Shown here: positions 48,310-62,850 of the stretch, piece after piece
How the letters are laid out: every line of letters starts with the position of its first letter
How positions within the stretch are numbered: the first letter of the stretch is position 1
Origin: Lama glama
Lineage: Eukaryota
Direction: 5' to 3'
Assembly (NCBI GenBank): GCA_028534125.1
Contig: CM052818.1
Span: forward strand, 21,144,001 to 21,208,000
DNA: 64,000 nt
Program-made: the position numbers and the translations under genes
Notes under the pieces: generated by a model
Databases searched by the model: none
Seen by the model: only the letters and a program-made list of their open reading frames with translations
What the model was told of the DNA's origin: nothing

Positions 48310-49660
48310 TATGCCTCAGGGCGGGTGTGTGTCTCCGAGAGCGCGCGCCGCACCGACGCGCCCCACTTCTCGTGCCCTCTGTGCTAGCGCGACCGGCCGG
48401 TTAGTGCTCGGGGGTGGTGAGCAGGGGGGAAACAGCGGGCCCTCCCCGCGCGCTCTCGCTGCTCCGCTGGAGACCTGCGGGAAACAACGCACCAACCCTC
48501 CGACCCGGACTCTGGAGCCTGCCGCGTGGGGGCGCTCGCGGGCAGACCCGGTCGAAGGCACGGCCGAGGCGCACAGGTCCTCTGCTGCCTTGCGGAAAAA
48601 ACCCGGAGACGGACTTCGGCGGCTTCCTGACCTCAAAACCGAGAGTCTGGCCCCTCACCCCGATGCCCGACCCCTTGAGCTCGCGCCCCGCAACCCCCGA
48701 CCCCTTTCCAGGGGAAGGAGCCCGTTGTTCCCTGCCTGCCTGGCACGGCACGGGTAGGAAAGGCTCCAGGACCGAGCCGTGACCGCGGGCGGGGACGGAA
48801 GGCTGCAAGCCGGGCCGGGCGTCGTAGGCAGGCGGGCAGCGCCTGCGGCCTGGGTAACCTGTCTCAAGTCCCGCTGGGTCCTGGCGCCGCCCCGGGCTGA
48901 TACCCCGGTTTGCCGGCCTCCAGTTGGGCCCTAAGCTCTAATTCTCGCTCTTTTCGTTTGAACAAGATCCTCGGTGAGCCCGCTGCCTCCAAACCGTTTG
49001 CTTGTGAGGGCCCTCCAGGCGGACGCGTGGGTCGGGGGCAAAAGGCCCTCAGGGCGGCGGCGCAGCGGCGACTCCTGCGGGACCCTGCTGCTCCGGCCCT
49101 TAGGGGCCGGCGACCGTGCCAGCCACGTGCGGCACAAGCGACTCCCCGTTTCGCACCGTTTCACCAGGGCGGCCACTCGGAGTCCAGTGCCCTGCATCCC
49201 CGCCCGGGTTCGGGGCGCTGCGGGGACCGTCTTCAGAAACGGAGAATTCAGGAGAGCGGAATTCTCGCGCCCTGACCTGCCCCAAACGTTGGCCAACAGA
49301 AAATCGTGGGGTGTAGGGGGTTGCAAATACCCTCTCTGCGTCCTCCCGGCCGCGGCTGAATCGCGGGTGCCGTGGGGCGGGGTGTAGCGGGGAGCGGCCG
49401 GGTGGCGGGGAGGAGGCGGGAGCCCGCTTTCAACGAAACGCGCGCGAGGCCCAAGCAGGAGGCCGGGTCGGGGCGAGTGTGCGGCGCAACAGGACTCTGC
49501 GGGCCGCGGCTGGCTCACCCTGGGCTCTGGGTGGATGTCCCAACTTCCCCACCCAGGACGCCCCAGAACCCCGAGCTCGGGATGCAGAGTGGCGGGGAGG
49601 GCCTCTGGCGGGCGGTGCCAGGGGCCGAAGTCTGCCCAGGGGATTTCTGCCGCCTTTATA
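48310..49660. promoter_or_regulatory. Upstream CpG island ~3.5-5 kb 5' of SIX2
   Basis: Dense CpGs and GC boxes (GGGCGGGG); no recognisable repeat or protein. Confidence 0.85.
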
Positions 49661-52600
49661 GGCTGGAAAAAAACTTTTTAAAAAAATTTTTTAAAGGGGA
49701 AAAGAAAAATGCTCTGAGCAGGAGCCCCCTTCTCTGCTGGCTTTGGAAATAGTCGGCATCCAGCTCCTTCTCTGTAGCACCTTTTCTTTCCGAGATGGTC
49801 TCAACCCAGTCAGGGAAGCCCTTTGGAGGTTGGTTGGGCTGCTTTCTCCCTTTCTCCAAAAGTCCCGGGACTGGGCCATGTGCCAACCCTGGGATGGGCA
49901 GTGGGGAGCCCTGAGCCTTGCTCTGGGAAGCTCCCTGCCCAGCCCCAGACACAAAGGCCCCAGACTGTCCCTGAACAAGAGTCAGGGGGAAAGGCATTCG
50001 GTCAGTGTGGGCTCATCAGAGCACACCCAGCCATCCCTAGTGCTGCCTTCCAGAAAGTCTATCTCAGCCCACCTTGGAGGTGAAAGGAGACATTTCAGTA
50101 AGGCCCAAATTTCCACAGGTCTACAAAAGTTTCCTCCTCCCCGCCATGGAGGTTCTCCTGTTTGTGCAGGCCTCTCACGGATGTCTCAGGAAAGGAACAG
50201 ATGTCAGAGTCCATAGATTCCATAGATTGGGGTAGGGTAGACACAAGGTGTCTGGCACCTTCCGGCCCCTCCAGCAGCTGCTCTGAGCACTGGAACCTGG
50301 GGCTGAGATCGCCTTGGGGTCAGGCTGGAATCTATCAAATCCTCGAGGACCCAAAGTACCCAGAGTACCCCAGGTTCTCTGTCCTGTGGCAAACGCTGTC
50401 AAAAAGGGGACTAGGCAGGGAGGGGGCTGCAGAGTGTAAAAAGACCCTAGCTGAGCTGTAGCTTTTGTTAGGGCAGGCGCTCAGCTGCCTCTGTGGGCAT
50501 GAGGTTCTAGCCCAGACCTGCTAGAACTGGTTTCCTACAAATATGGGGGAAGGGGAGATCTAATGGCATATGGACACACACCCATGTATTGAGTAATCGT
50601 GTTATAGGTTTTCTGTGCTTGCTCTGTAATGACTTTTCATATGGCGCACACTTTATTTTCCAAGATGGCAGGCGCCACGTGCGTTCTCTTGGCAGGTCCA
50701 ACTCCTGGGCTCAGCACCCAGAGGCCACAAAGAGGGCAACACTAGAAGGGACGATGAGTCTGAAGCTCCAGAAAATCTGCCTTAGCCGAGCACAGGCAGG
50801 ACTCGTTCCTGAGGGAAGTTCAATCTGGAAGCTCCAAGGGTTCAGGGAGGGGCATATTCCCCACAGGAGCTGCGGCTGAGGTTGCAAAGTTTACCCACTT
50901 TTTCAAGGTTAGTATTCTTAGACCCACCCCAGCCTAGACCCAACAGGGATCTGAAAGATCATGCAGGCCTCACCTAATAGGAGAGAGAATGAGCTGCAGC
51001 AGAGCATAAACTGACCCAAAGTCTCACCAGGAAGTTACTGCCCAGTCCCACTCCCCTGAAACAGACCAGGGTGCTGCCCCACAGCAATGGCCTTATCTTG
51101 CCAACATGGAAGATTGCTATGGCCAGAGCTGGGACCTGTCTGCCAACCGTTAGCCATGTGGCTGAGGAAGAGGTTTTGGAACGAATAGGTTCCCTTTCTT
51201 GGGAACAGCAAGGTGGGCTCTGAACCTCAGTGCAGCAGAGGGTAATTATTTCCTCATGTCCTCCAGGGTCCTCTAAGCCTGAGTCTGGGGCTACCACACA
51301 GGACACTGGATAAAGTGGCCTGGACACAAAAGAGCTCCTCCCAGCAGACTGATGCAGGCTGAGCATGCCGCCTGATTTTATGCAGGGAGTTGGCTTGGCT
51401 TGGAACATACTTCGATAGCCCTGTAGTCTCGATACATGTGGACAGTCCCCCAGAGGCAGAAGTTTTAGGGAGAGTCCCAGGGTTCCACTCTTTCATGCCT
51501 GCAACTTCCCCAGAGGACTTCTAGAACACTAATACAGGGGGAGGGGATACTTTGAGAAATGTTGCTAAGGATTAGAGGAACAAATAGGGGCCTTGCTCAT
51601 CAACACAAAGCAAAATCAAAACCTGATCTCAGGGCTCTGGACTCCCATTCCAGTGCTCCTAGCACAAACTTCCGAGTAAATTTAAAGGGGTAGGAATGAA
51701 GAAGTGTGGCCTAGACACAGGCTGCACAGTTCTAAGCTGAAGACAGAGCGGGGTCTCTGTTTTGGCTTGGATTCTGGCACTGGGAGCCAACGAGGCTCCA
51801 GCCTGCAACAGCTCAGAACGAAGATGGGAAACGGAGGTGGAAGGACCAGTCCTGGAAGGAGCTAACCCCAGGGCTTTTCAAAAACGTAGGAACAGCCGCA
51901 ACATCCCTCACCCCTTCCACTCCAGCTCTCCTCTCCCACCTACTCGCCTCCTCTTCTCCTAGAGAACCAGCAACACGTGTTTACACACAAGCCCTGACAA
52001 AGAAGCGAAAAACTCTTTTTTAAGCCCCTCAGTCCGAAGCTCAGCGATCTGGTTCTCCTCCTGGAACTGGAGCCGAGTCCGAGCTGAGAGGCCAGAGGAT
52101 GAAGGAGGAGGTGGTCTCACTTCCAACTCTGTCTTCCCTGACCACCCACGGGGGAAACACCACGACCATCCTAGGTTCCCTGTCCTCGCCTCCCCGTGGG
52201 CAGACCACCGGCACTGCCCACCGGAGTCAACTTCCATGGAGGCCACACGGAAACGCCGTGAGATTCTCGGGCCTTGGGACCCGTGGGGTTAAGTCTGAGT
52301 CCCCGCCCAGCGAGGAGCAGAGAGCGCTGAGCCGAGATGTACCGGCCGCGGGGCAGCCGGCCCGCTTAGGAGAAGGAGGAAAGGCGGGATCCTCCAAGAA
52401 GTAGATTTTCAGGCGTTCGCCTTCGGCCACTGCCAAATTTTCCCCACTTCTCTCTTGCTCCCTCCCCCTTTCCCTCGCGGTCCGCTTGGATCCCGAGTTC
52501 CTAGGATGGGGGTGGGGCACTGTCAGCGGGAAAAGCCAAATCTTTGAGGGGCGTCCGAGCGCGTCCAAACTCTCCCATCCCACTCGTCGGCTCCTGGGCA

Positions 52601-53039
52601 GAATCTACCCGGCAAACCGCAGCCCCGGGAGCGGCGTCGTGACCTGAGGGACATCCGGCGGGGCCTTGCGAAAAGCTGCCTAAAGTTTCTTCCCCCTTGA
52701 GGCTCCCTCCACCCGTCTCCCTCCCCTTCTTCCCCGCACCCCCTTAAACAGTCCTCCGCCCTCTCTTCTCCCCTCTTCCCTCCCCACCTCGGTCCTCCCC
52801 TTTTCTTCTCCGCGCGTCTCCACTCCGCCCCCCTCCCACCCCCCCTTCCCGTGTCCGTCTCCTCCCGTGCTCTTTGGGCGTCCGCCCCGTCAATCACCTC
52901 CGCCTCCTGCCCCTGCCCGGCCTTCTCCGCCTCCCAGGCTCTTGGAGCGCCTCCGGCTCCTGTCTCGGGCCGCCCTCCGCTTTGCACGGAGCCCGGCGAT
53001 CTGTCAGCGGAGCCGGCCGGGGGGAGACGCCCGGCCCGC

Positions 53040-53200
53040 CGGGGCTCGGGTTACCAGTGACTGACAGCGTCTCCATGGCAAATAATTTGACTCTGACTAT
53101 TGTCTGGCGCGGGCAGGCCCCGGGTCAGATAACCAGACCAATCAGGGCGCGGGCCGCCGCGCCTCATGCCCGCTTAGAATAATATTATTAAAAAAGCAGT
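53040..53200 (+). promoter_or_regulatory. SIX2 proximal promoter
   Basis: SIX/MEF3-like TCGGGTTAC at 53046-53054, TGACTGACAG (MEIS/PBX-like) at 53058-53067, AATAATT homeodomain core near 53081, CCAAT at 53138-53142, and a TATA-like AT island AATAATATTATTAAAAAA at 53178-53195 inside GC-rich DNA. TSS inferred at about 53200-53225. Confidence 0.8.
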
Positions 53201-53501
53201 GAGCGAGCTAGACGGGAGGGAGAGCAAGCGAGAAGCAAGCGAGCAAGCGGCGGGCGGGCAGCAGGGCGCGGAGCATGCGGAGCGGCGCCCCGGGCGACCC
53301 CCGGGCTTGCACGAGGGCGCAGGCGAGGCGCGCGGGCAGCGGGGGCGCGGAGCGGCGCGGGACCCGCGGCGGGCTCGGCGAGGTATTGCTGTGACTCGGG
53401 GTTCGCCGGGAGCCAGCGCCAGGCCAGGGGCCCCCCCGCCCGCTTCTCGGCCCGGACGGCCCGGCGGGGAGGCGTCCATGCCGGACCGCGCAGCGCGGTG
53501 A

Positions 53502-56720
<3,219 letters not shown>

Positions 56721-57446
56721 TCTCTGGTTTGGTCTTTGTTCGGGATTTATTTTCAACAACTTGCTTTGGAGATCCTTTGGAGGCCCTGGCCAGGGTCTTG
56801 AACCAGGGAAGGGAATAAATTATACACCATCCTCCTACTCTCTCTCCCAGCCTTCTCTTCTGTCTTCTCTCTCTTCCCTTGCCTTCCTGGCTCTCTCTTC
56901 CTCTTCTCTCTTCTCCTTTCCCCCTTTTCACTGTCTGTTTCCCTCTATGCTTCTGGCTTGCCACATCTCGGTAGGCTTCTATTACTCTTAGTTTTTCTGT
57001 TTCTCCTCCCCGCCAGCCTCCTGCACCTTTCTGCCTGTACCCCTCCGTCTTCCTCCTCGGTCCTGGCCGTCTATTTGCCCTCCCCCATTCCTCCTCGCTG
57101 TCCTGGGGTGGGAGGGGGAGGAGGGAAGAGCAAAGGAAAGACAGGGACTTTGAACCTAGGCGTTCCCCAGAGGCCCTCTCCCGGGGATCTGCGGGGGCGG
57201 CAGGTGTCAGCTTTGCGCCTAGTAACATCAGTGAAATAGAAGGAGCGGCAGCGCGCAAGCCCCCGACCGCCCCCTTGCCGTTGACCCCTCTCCCTCCGTG
57301 AGGCCCTGCCACCGGCTCTCCTCTTCCTCCCGGGACTGTGGCCACCGTGCTCCCCGTAGAGCGTGCCTCGGAGCCGCGGACTTGCCGTCTCCCTGTTATG
57401 CCCTCATGTGAATGTTCTTCGGAAAATATTTCTGCTTTTATTTTAT

Positions 57447-57452
57447 AATAAA
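57447..57452 (+). terminator. Distal polyadenylation signal AATAAA of SIX2
   Basis: AATAAA preceded by a U-rich upstream element (TTTTATTTTAT), in an AT-rich block within otherwise GC-rich sequence. Confidence 0.75.
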
Positions 57453-60400
57453 ATTAGAAATCATGAATATATATACATGGTTATATACCATGAGGCCCGC
57501 GAGCCGGGAGTGCAGCTGTGTCTGATTTCCCTACAGGGACTCGACACCCCTGGTGGACTGTTCTGGGCAGCGATGCCCCATGAGTCCCGGAAACCGGGAG
57601 ACGCCTTCCCACATACGCAACGTGTATCAATCGCAAGGTGAAGGGACTGAATACTCCAAAACTTCCTGCCCCCAAATTCTCTTGTCTCTTTTCTTGTCCC
57701 GGAAGCTCCCTTTAGAAGCAGGGAGGGGGCTTGCTCCTCTTGGGGACTCTTCTCCCCCCACCAGCAGAGCAGTGCCCTCACCACCTCTTCCTTAACCTGG
57801 GGATGGGGGTAGGAAATGAGAGGCTGTGTACAGAACGTGGGTGCATGTATTTGGAGATGCCAAGGCTGGGGAACAAATCGGAAGTTTCCTGAAGGGCGGA
57901 CTCCTTAGCCATTGTCGCAATCCCCAGAACCAGGCATGATGCACTAGGCAGATTTCTCTGGCCCCAAGGACAGCCACTGATCCCACTGTGAATCCCGGGT
58001 CGTGCGTGTGGCCATGGAGCAGAGGCCTCCACGCTCAGAAATCTATTGGTTTGGAATGAAGGGGCTTGGGAAGGAGGAAAGTCCAGGAGACTTGGGGAGC
58101 AGGGCACTCAGGCATGTGTTCTCATCGGGAAGCAAGTGGGAGTAGGGGCTTCTATGGTCCAGCGGGCGTTGGGGGGGGCCACTTCGGTGCGTGGTGCGCT
58201 GTAGGTGCCTCTGTGGCTGTAAAATAACCTGCAGCACCACCTCCCCTCTAGGGGATGCAGCCCTCCCTTTAAGCTACATCTCCAGTCTGGTCCAGGTAGA
58301 TCCGAAGCAGGCGGAATTTGTGGCTTTTCCGTCTCAGGTCGTGGTAGTTGTAGGTACTGTATTCCATCCCAGTGGGAAGGGATAAAGGGGATGAGGCACT
58401 CTTCCGACCCCTTGATCCTGGAGCTCAGGGGAGCTCTCCTGCGCTTTACTCCCGGATGGAATCAGCGCTCACCTAAGACCCTTTTGCGCGGACTTTCTCA
58501 ATATCAAAGATTCCTTGCCAGTGAGGCCCTCCGGGACTCTGGCAGCTGGGCAGGCTAACTTGGTGTGAGAGGCTATGCCTTGGCCTTCCTCTGTACAGGC
58601 GTGGAAGTCAAGGGAACCCTTCGCAGGCTAAGACGGCACCAAGCGCCCCACGGCCCCTGCACCCCAAGAGGAAATGCAGCCCCAGTAGCTTCTGTGGCCT
58701 CGCCTGGAGGCTGTGCTCTCAGGGGACAACGCAGGTCTTCCTGAGATCTGGCCTTTGCTCATAGGGCCCTTCGCTGACTGGAAGGGTGAAAAGCTGGCTA
58801 CTGTCTGAGGATCCAGAGAGATTCAAGTGACACAGAAGCTGCCCTGAGTCAGCCGAGTTGAGCCCACAGGCCTGTGCTTGCTTCGGGAAGGGAGGAAACA
58901 CAGTAGCCCCTGTGGCCTGCATCACCCCCACCTCCCTCCTGTTGCCACACTCACAGGCATAGACAAATAGGCTCTATACCAGCTTTCATAAGGACACGTA
59001 CCCATTTATAATTCGATTCACTAGCACTAAAAGCCTGTTATGTGCCGTGCACTGTGAGTAATACAAAAACACTCACCCCCTCACACTTGGTGGGAAATAC
59101 ATCCTATGTCACACATATGTTCACATGCACACAAACAAACATGCATAGGCCCCCAACCCATTTTCACAGACACACAAACACGTGTCCTCGGGTGAAACAC
59201 TTCCCTGCACCCGTACACGTGAGGTACCTACACAAATGAGCCTCTACCTTGTCTGTGTGCTCACACACACAAACACAACCTCATGATTCTCCCCAGAAGC
59301 TTGAAAATCCACATACTCACACTGATGCCCCTGCCAGCAGCCAGTTTCAGCCCATCAACCTTCTGGGGCCAGGGTCCAGCCTTAATGTCCAACCGGCCCA
59401 GAAGACCTCAGCGCCGGTGGCTGTAGCCCAGAAAAGGAGATGGTCCTAGCCCGAGGCGGCAGCCAGTCAAGGATCCCACCTGTGGAGCTCTCTCCTGAAG
59501 CCCAGGTGGGATCCTGGAGTTTGCCCGGAGCTCTGACTCGCCGGTAGGGGGCAGGGTGCCTGCCCCAGAGCTTTCTTCTGGCTTAGTGGAGCTACTTGTT
59601 GCAACTTCCCTCTCTCCCTGCCCCTTGGAAAGCTAACCCTGAAAATATTTATTTAAAGGGGGAAACTATGCAGAAGTTTTGAAAATAAACCCTAGCAGCT
59701 ACTCGCCTACTGTATAAATCTATACCAGCCAGTCCTCCATTCCACACTCCACTAGACGGACCATGCCAAGTAACTTTTGTACAGATGTTGCCAGGTGAAT
59801 ACAGCCATTCCCTGTCAGCATTCATCAAACAGGGTTCACAGCGACTTGTCGCCCCTCCCCTCCGCAGTGGCCCCGCAAGCTAAGAATTTTGCTCTGGTCA
59901 CCTGAAGGGACACAATGATTGGAAGTACGGAATCTCCCTTTCTGCTCCCTTGACCGAGTTGCCTTACATTTATTCCCAGTCAGGTCCCATATACATCCTC
60001 GAAGGTAAAAACCTAATGAAGAAGGTAGAACCCAGACCTGGAAGGCAGCTGGCTGACTCTTCTGCTTCTGGAGGGCATAAAAGCTGAGGGCCACTGAAGG
60101 CAGAGGGGAACATGAGGGCTGGCTGTGCTTCCCCACCCCAGTCTCCTTCCCTGCCTGGCACTCAGCAAGCTTCACCAGGACTCGGGTCACTCACTCTCAT
60201 GTCCTAACCCGTAGAGCATCTTGAGGGAGTGGCGTGTCTACCTGAGAAGCAGGTTGCGATGGCACGCATGCCACACAAGCAAAGGTTAAAGAGAGCCAGG
60301 GAGATCTGGGCAGAGAACACTGGTCTACTCAGTCCTCAGTTTTCTCCAGTCCCTGTAGGAAACATCACCTCGGCCCCTTATAAATGCAGGGACAAGCCGA

Positions 60401-60599
60401 GCAGGGGCGCGGGAGTCAGGAAGCAGAGAATTCGACTCCAAATCTCCACCAGCGGCCCAATTCTTTCGGGGATGTTGCCAGCTCTGGGAAAGGGAAATAT
60501 GTATGTGTTTTTGGTTGAGAGACAGATGGAGAAGGACAGAGGACGGTTTGGGCTCCAGCCTGGGCCTCTTTCTTTTTTCGGGTTCCCAGCCCCAACATT

Positions 60600-62850
60600 A
60601 CGTCTTGGGTATCCTTGTCTCTCAAGCTGCCCAGGGATATTGGGGGAGGAAAGCGACTCAGTGCGTGAGGATGTACTGGGAGCCGTGAGAAGGCAGGAGA
60701 CAACGTGTGCGCTCGATAGGGTGGGAAAACGCGCTGGTGTGCGTAGATGGGGCGGGCGTGCGCCTTGAAAGCGTGGCTCTCTTTGAGTACGTAGGTGTGC
60801 AGGTGAGCCGTTGAGAGGCCCAGGGCACTCGGGGAGCCCGGAATGCGGCTTGTAAGCGGAGGCGCCTGGGGCTAGAGGACGACCAGCTTCTCCTCTCGCG
60901 CCGCAGGAACCCAACCAGGCGCGAATTAGTCTAGATTCCTGGAGCCACTGCTGGCCACCCGCAGGTTGAGCGGGGAGGAAAGGAGGATCTCTGGATCGCT
61001 GCTGCTGGGAGCCGCGCAGTGGAGCCTGGAAAGATCTCGAGCCCCGTGTCAGGATCAAGGCCTTGCGCGCCGCCTCGCTGGAGTCTCATCTCTAAACTCC
61101 GTGGGTCCCTGGTGTGGCTGCAGCTTGGAAATAATTTCTCCTGGGTTGCGGGGTGGAATCGGAGGGCTGAGGGTCAGAATGTGTGCCTTCCAAGGGGGTG
61201 AGCTTCCCACTGTTTTTCTGCAATCTCAACAGCAGGGCTAAATAATATCGTATGGATGCGCCCCAAGAAAGCCCCCCTAGTGAGGCCCGACAGGCTCCCC
61301 AGTTGCCCCAAACTCTCCCTTTATTGGAAGATCCACAAACCTGACAGGCTGGCACAGGGCAGACACGTAGGAGTACGCCTTCTTTAGTATGCTAGCAGCC
61401 CTGGCCGTTGTTAGGGCTAAATCGAGAACTCTCAGTGGCCGGTTCCACCCGGAGTATCGGACGCGTCCTCACTCAGAGTAGCGTGTACCCGCTCCGACCC
61501 TGGCAGGTTGCAGGGAGAAATTCTGCGGCTCTGCCTGCTCCCGGCGGCCAAGGCCCCCGCAAACCAAACCGCACGCTTGGTGTCAAGCCCGGCGCGACCG
61601 GTTTTCTGGGGCGAGTAGCCCGTGCGCTGCTGGGGATAACGCGAAGCTCCAGGTCCTGCGGGTAAGGGAGCCAGAGACCGCGGGAGCCCGCAGCCCTTTG
61701 AGCTAGCGGCTGGGCGTAAGGCAGAAGCCTGGAGCCGAGGCGATTGGGACGCGCGGTGGGCGACAAAAACATCTGCAATTCTTTCATCCTTGGAGCCATC
61801 CCGGCTCAGGGCACTTCACCTCTGCCTTTCCAGGGCACTCAGGCTCAAGTGGTCCACGCTTGGGCTCTGCAGTCTCCAGGCGGAGTGATGCCTCGGTTGC
61901 CCCGGTTCGGGAGTCAGACCTGCCGCCTGGGATCCTACAAAGAAAATGACGGATCAGATAGGAAGGCAAGAGCAGCCGCGGGGGCGGACCTTCCAGAGCT
62001 GCCGACTCCCTGCTCCCTTCCTTAAGATCTTTTCCAAGGGCTTGTGCTGGCTGCCCAGCCAGGACCTCTCACTAGTTCAAAAGCTCATTGCTGGCAGATT
62101 TAACCTGGTAACTTGACCTGGGCCGTGGAGAAGCAGCTCAATGACTTCGTGGTCCCCAGAGTAACAGGTCATACTTGGCATTTCTTGAACACTTACTCGG
62201 CATCGGGCAATTTACACACCTGGTATCCGTTTAATTCTCACAGCGGCCACACAAAGAAGCTATTATTACTGGCACATGAAACTGAGACGCCAGGTTCGGG
62301 AACTTGCCCAGAGTCGGTTACATTTACAGCGGCAGGACCAGCGTTTGAAGCTGGTCCCTGCGAGTCTGCAGCGCATACTCTTCCCAGAGTACCGGCTGTA
62401 GGCGAGCGCGGTGCCCTACAGGGGCCCTACAGGTTTGGAGCGGCGCCTAGCCCCGGGGCCCCGGGTGGCAGGGACGAGAATGACTCCCGCGGGGATCGGA
62501 AGCAGCCCCCAGCAGTGCGAGGACGATGCGAAACGCGGAACCAAGACTGGCTCTTGAGCGAGCGGCGCAGCGGAGCTCGCAGCCTCAGTGACCCGCCTAA
62601 GTCGGCGAAAGCGAGTATCTCCACAACAATAGGGATAGTTTACCCGGTTTCCTCACTTGCCCTCTACTGTGTAGTCCTGACTCACCGTCAAATACCAGGG
62701 AGGAGGTTTCGACCAGCGCGGGTTACTCCGCAGTAAAGAGAGCTTTGGGACTCTAGGGTCAGCCTGTCCCCGCCTCCCTCTTTGCCCTCCTGCGACACCG
62801 GCCTCGTCTCCGCCAGTCTGCTGGGGAAGATTAGGCGGATTCCGGACCGT
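60600..62850. promoter_or_regulatory. CpG-rich domain downstream of SIX2
   Basis: Elevated CpG density in several blocks (60700-61100, 61430-61780, 62380-62620). Confidence 0.65.
62165..62385 (-). mobile_element. MIR SINE inside CpG-rich DNA
   Basis: TTTAATTCTCACAGC...ATGAAACTGAGACGC...AACTTGCCCAGAGTC; carries many CpGs. Confidence 0.55.

Noticed and set aside
60229..62736. 179-, 226- and 207-aa ORFs downstream of SIX2
   Set aside because: GC-rich non-coding DNA (one spans a MIR); none resembles SIX3 or any known protein. SIX3 is expected beyond the window.
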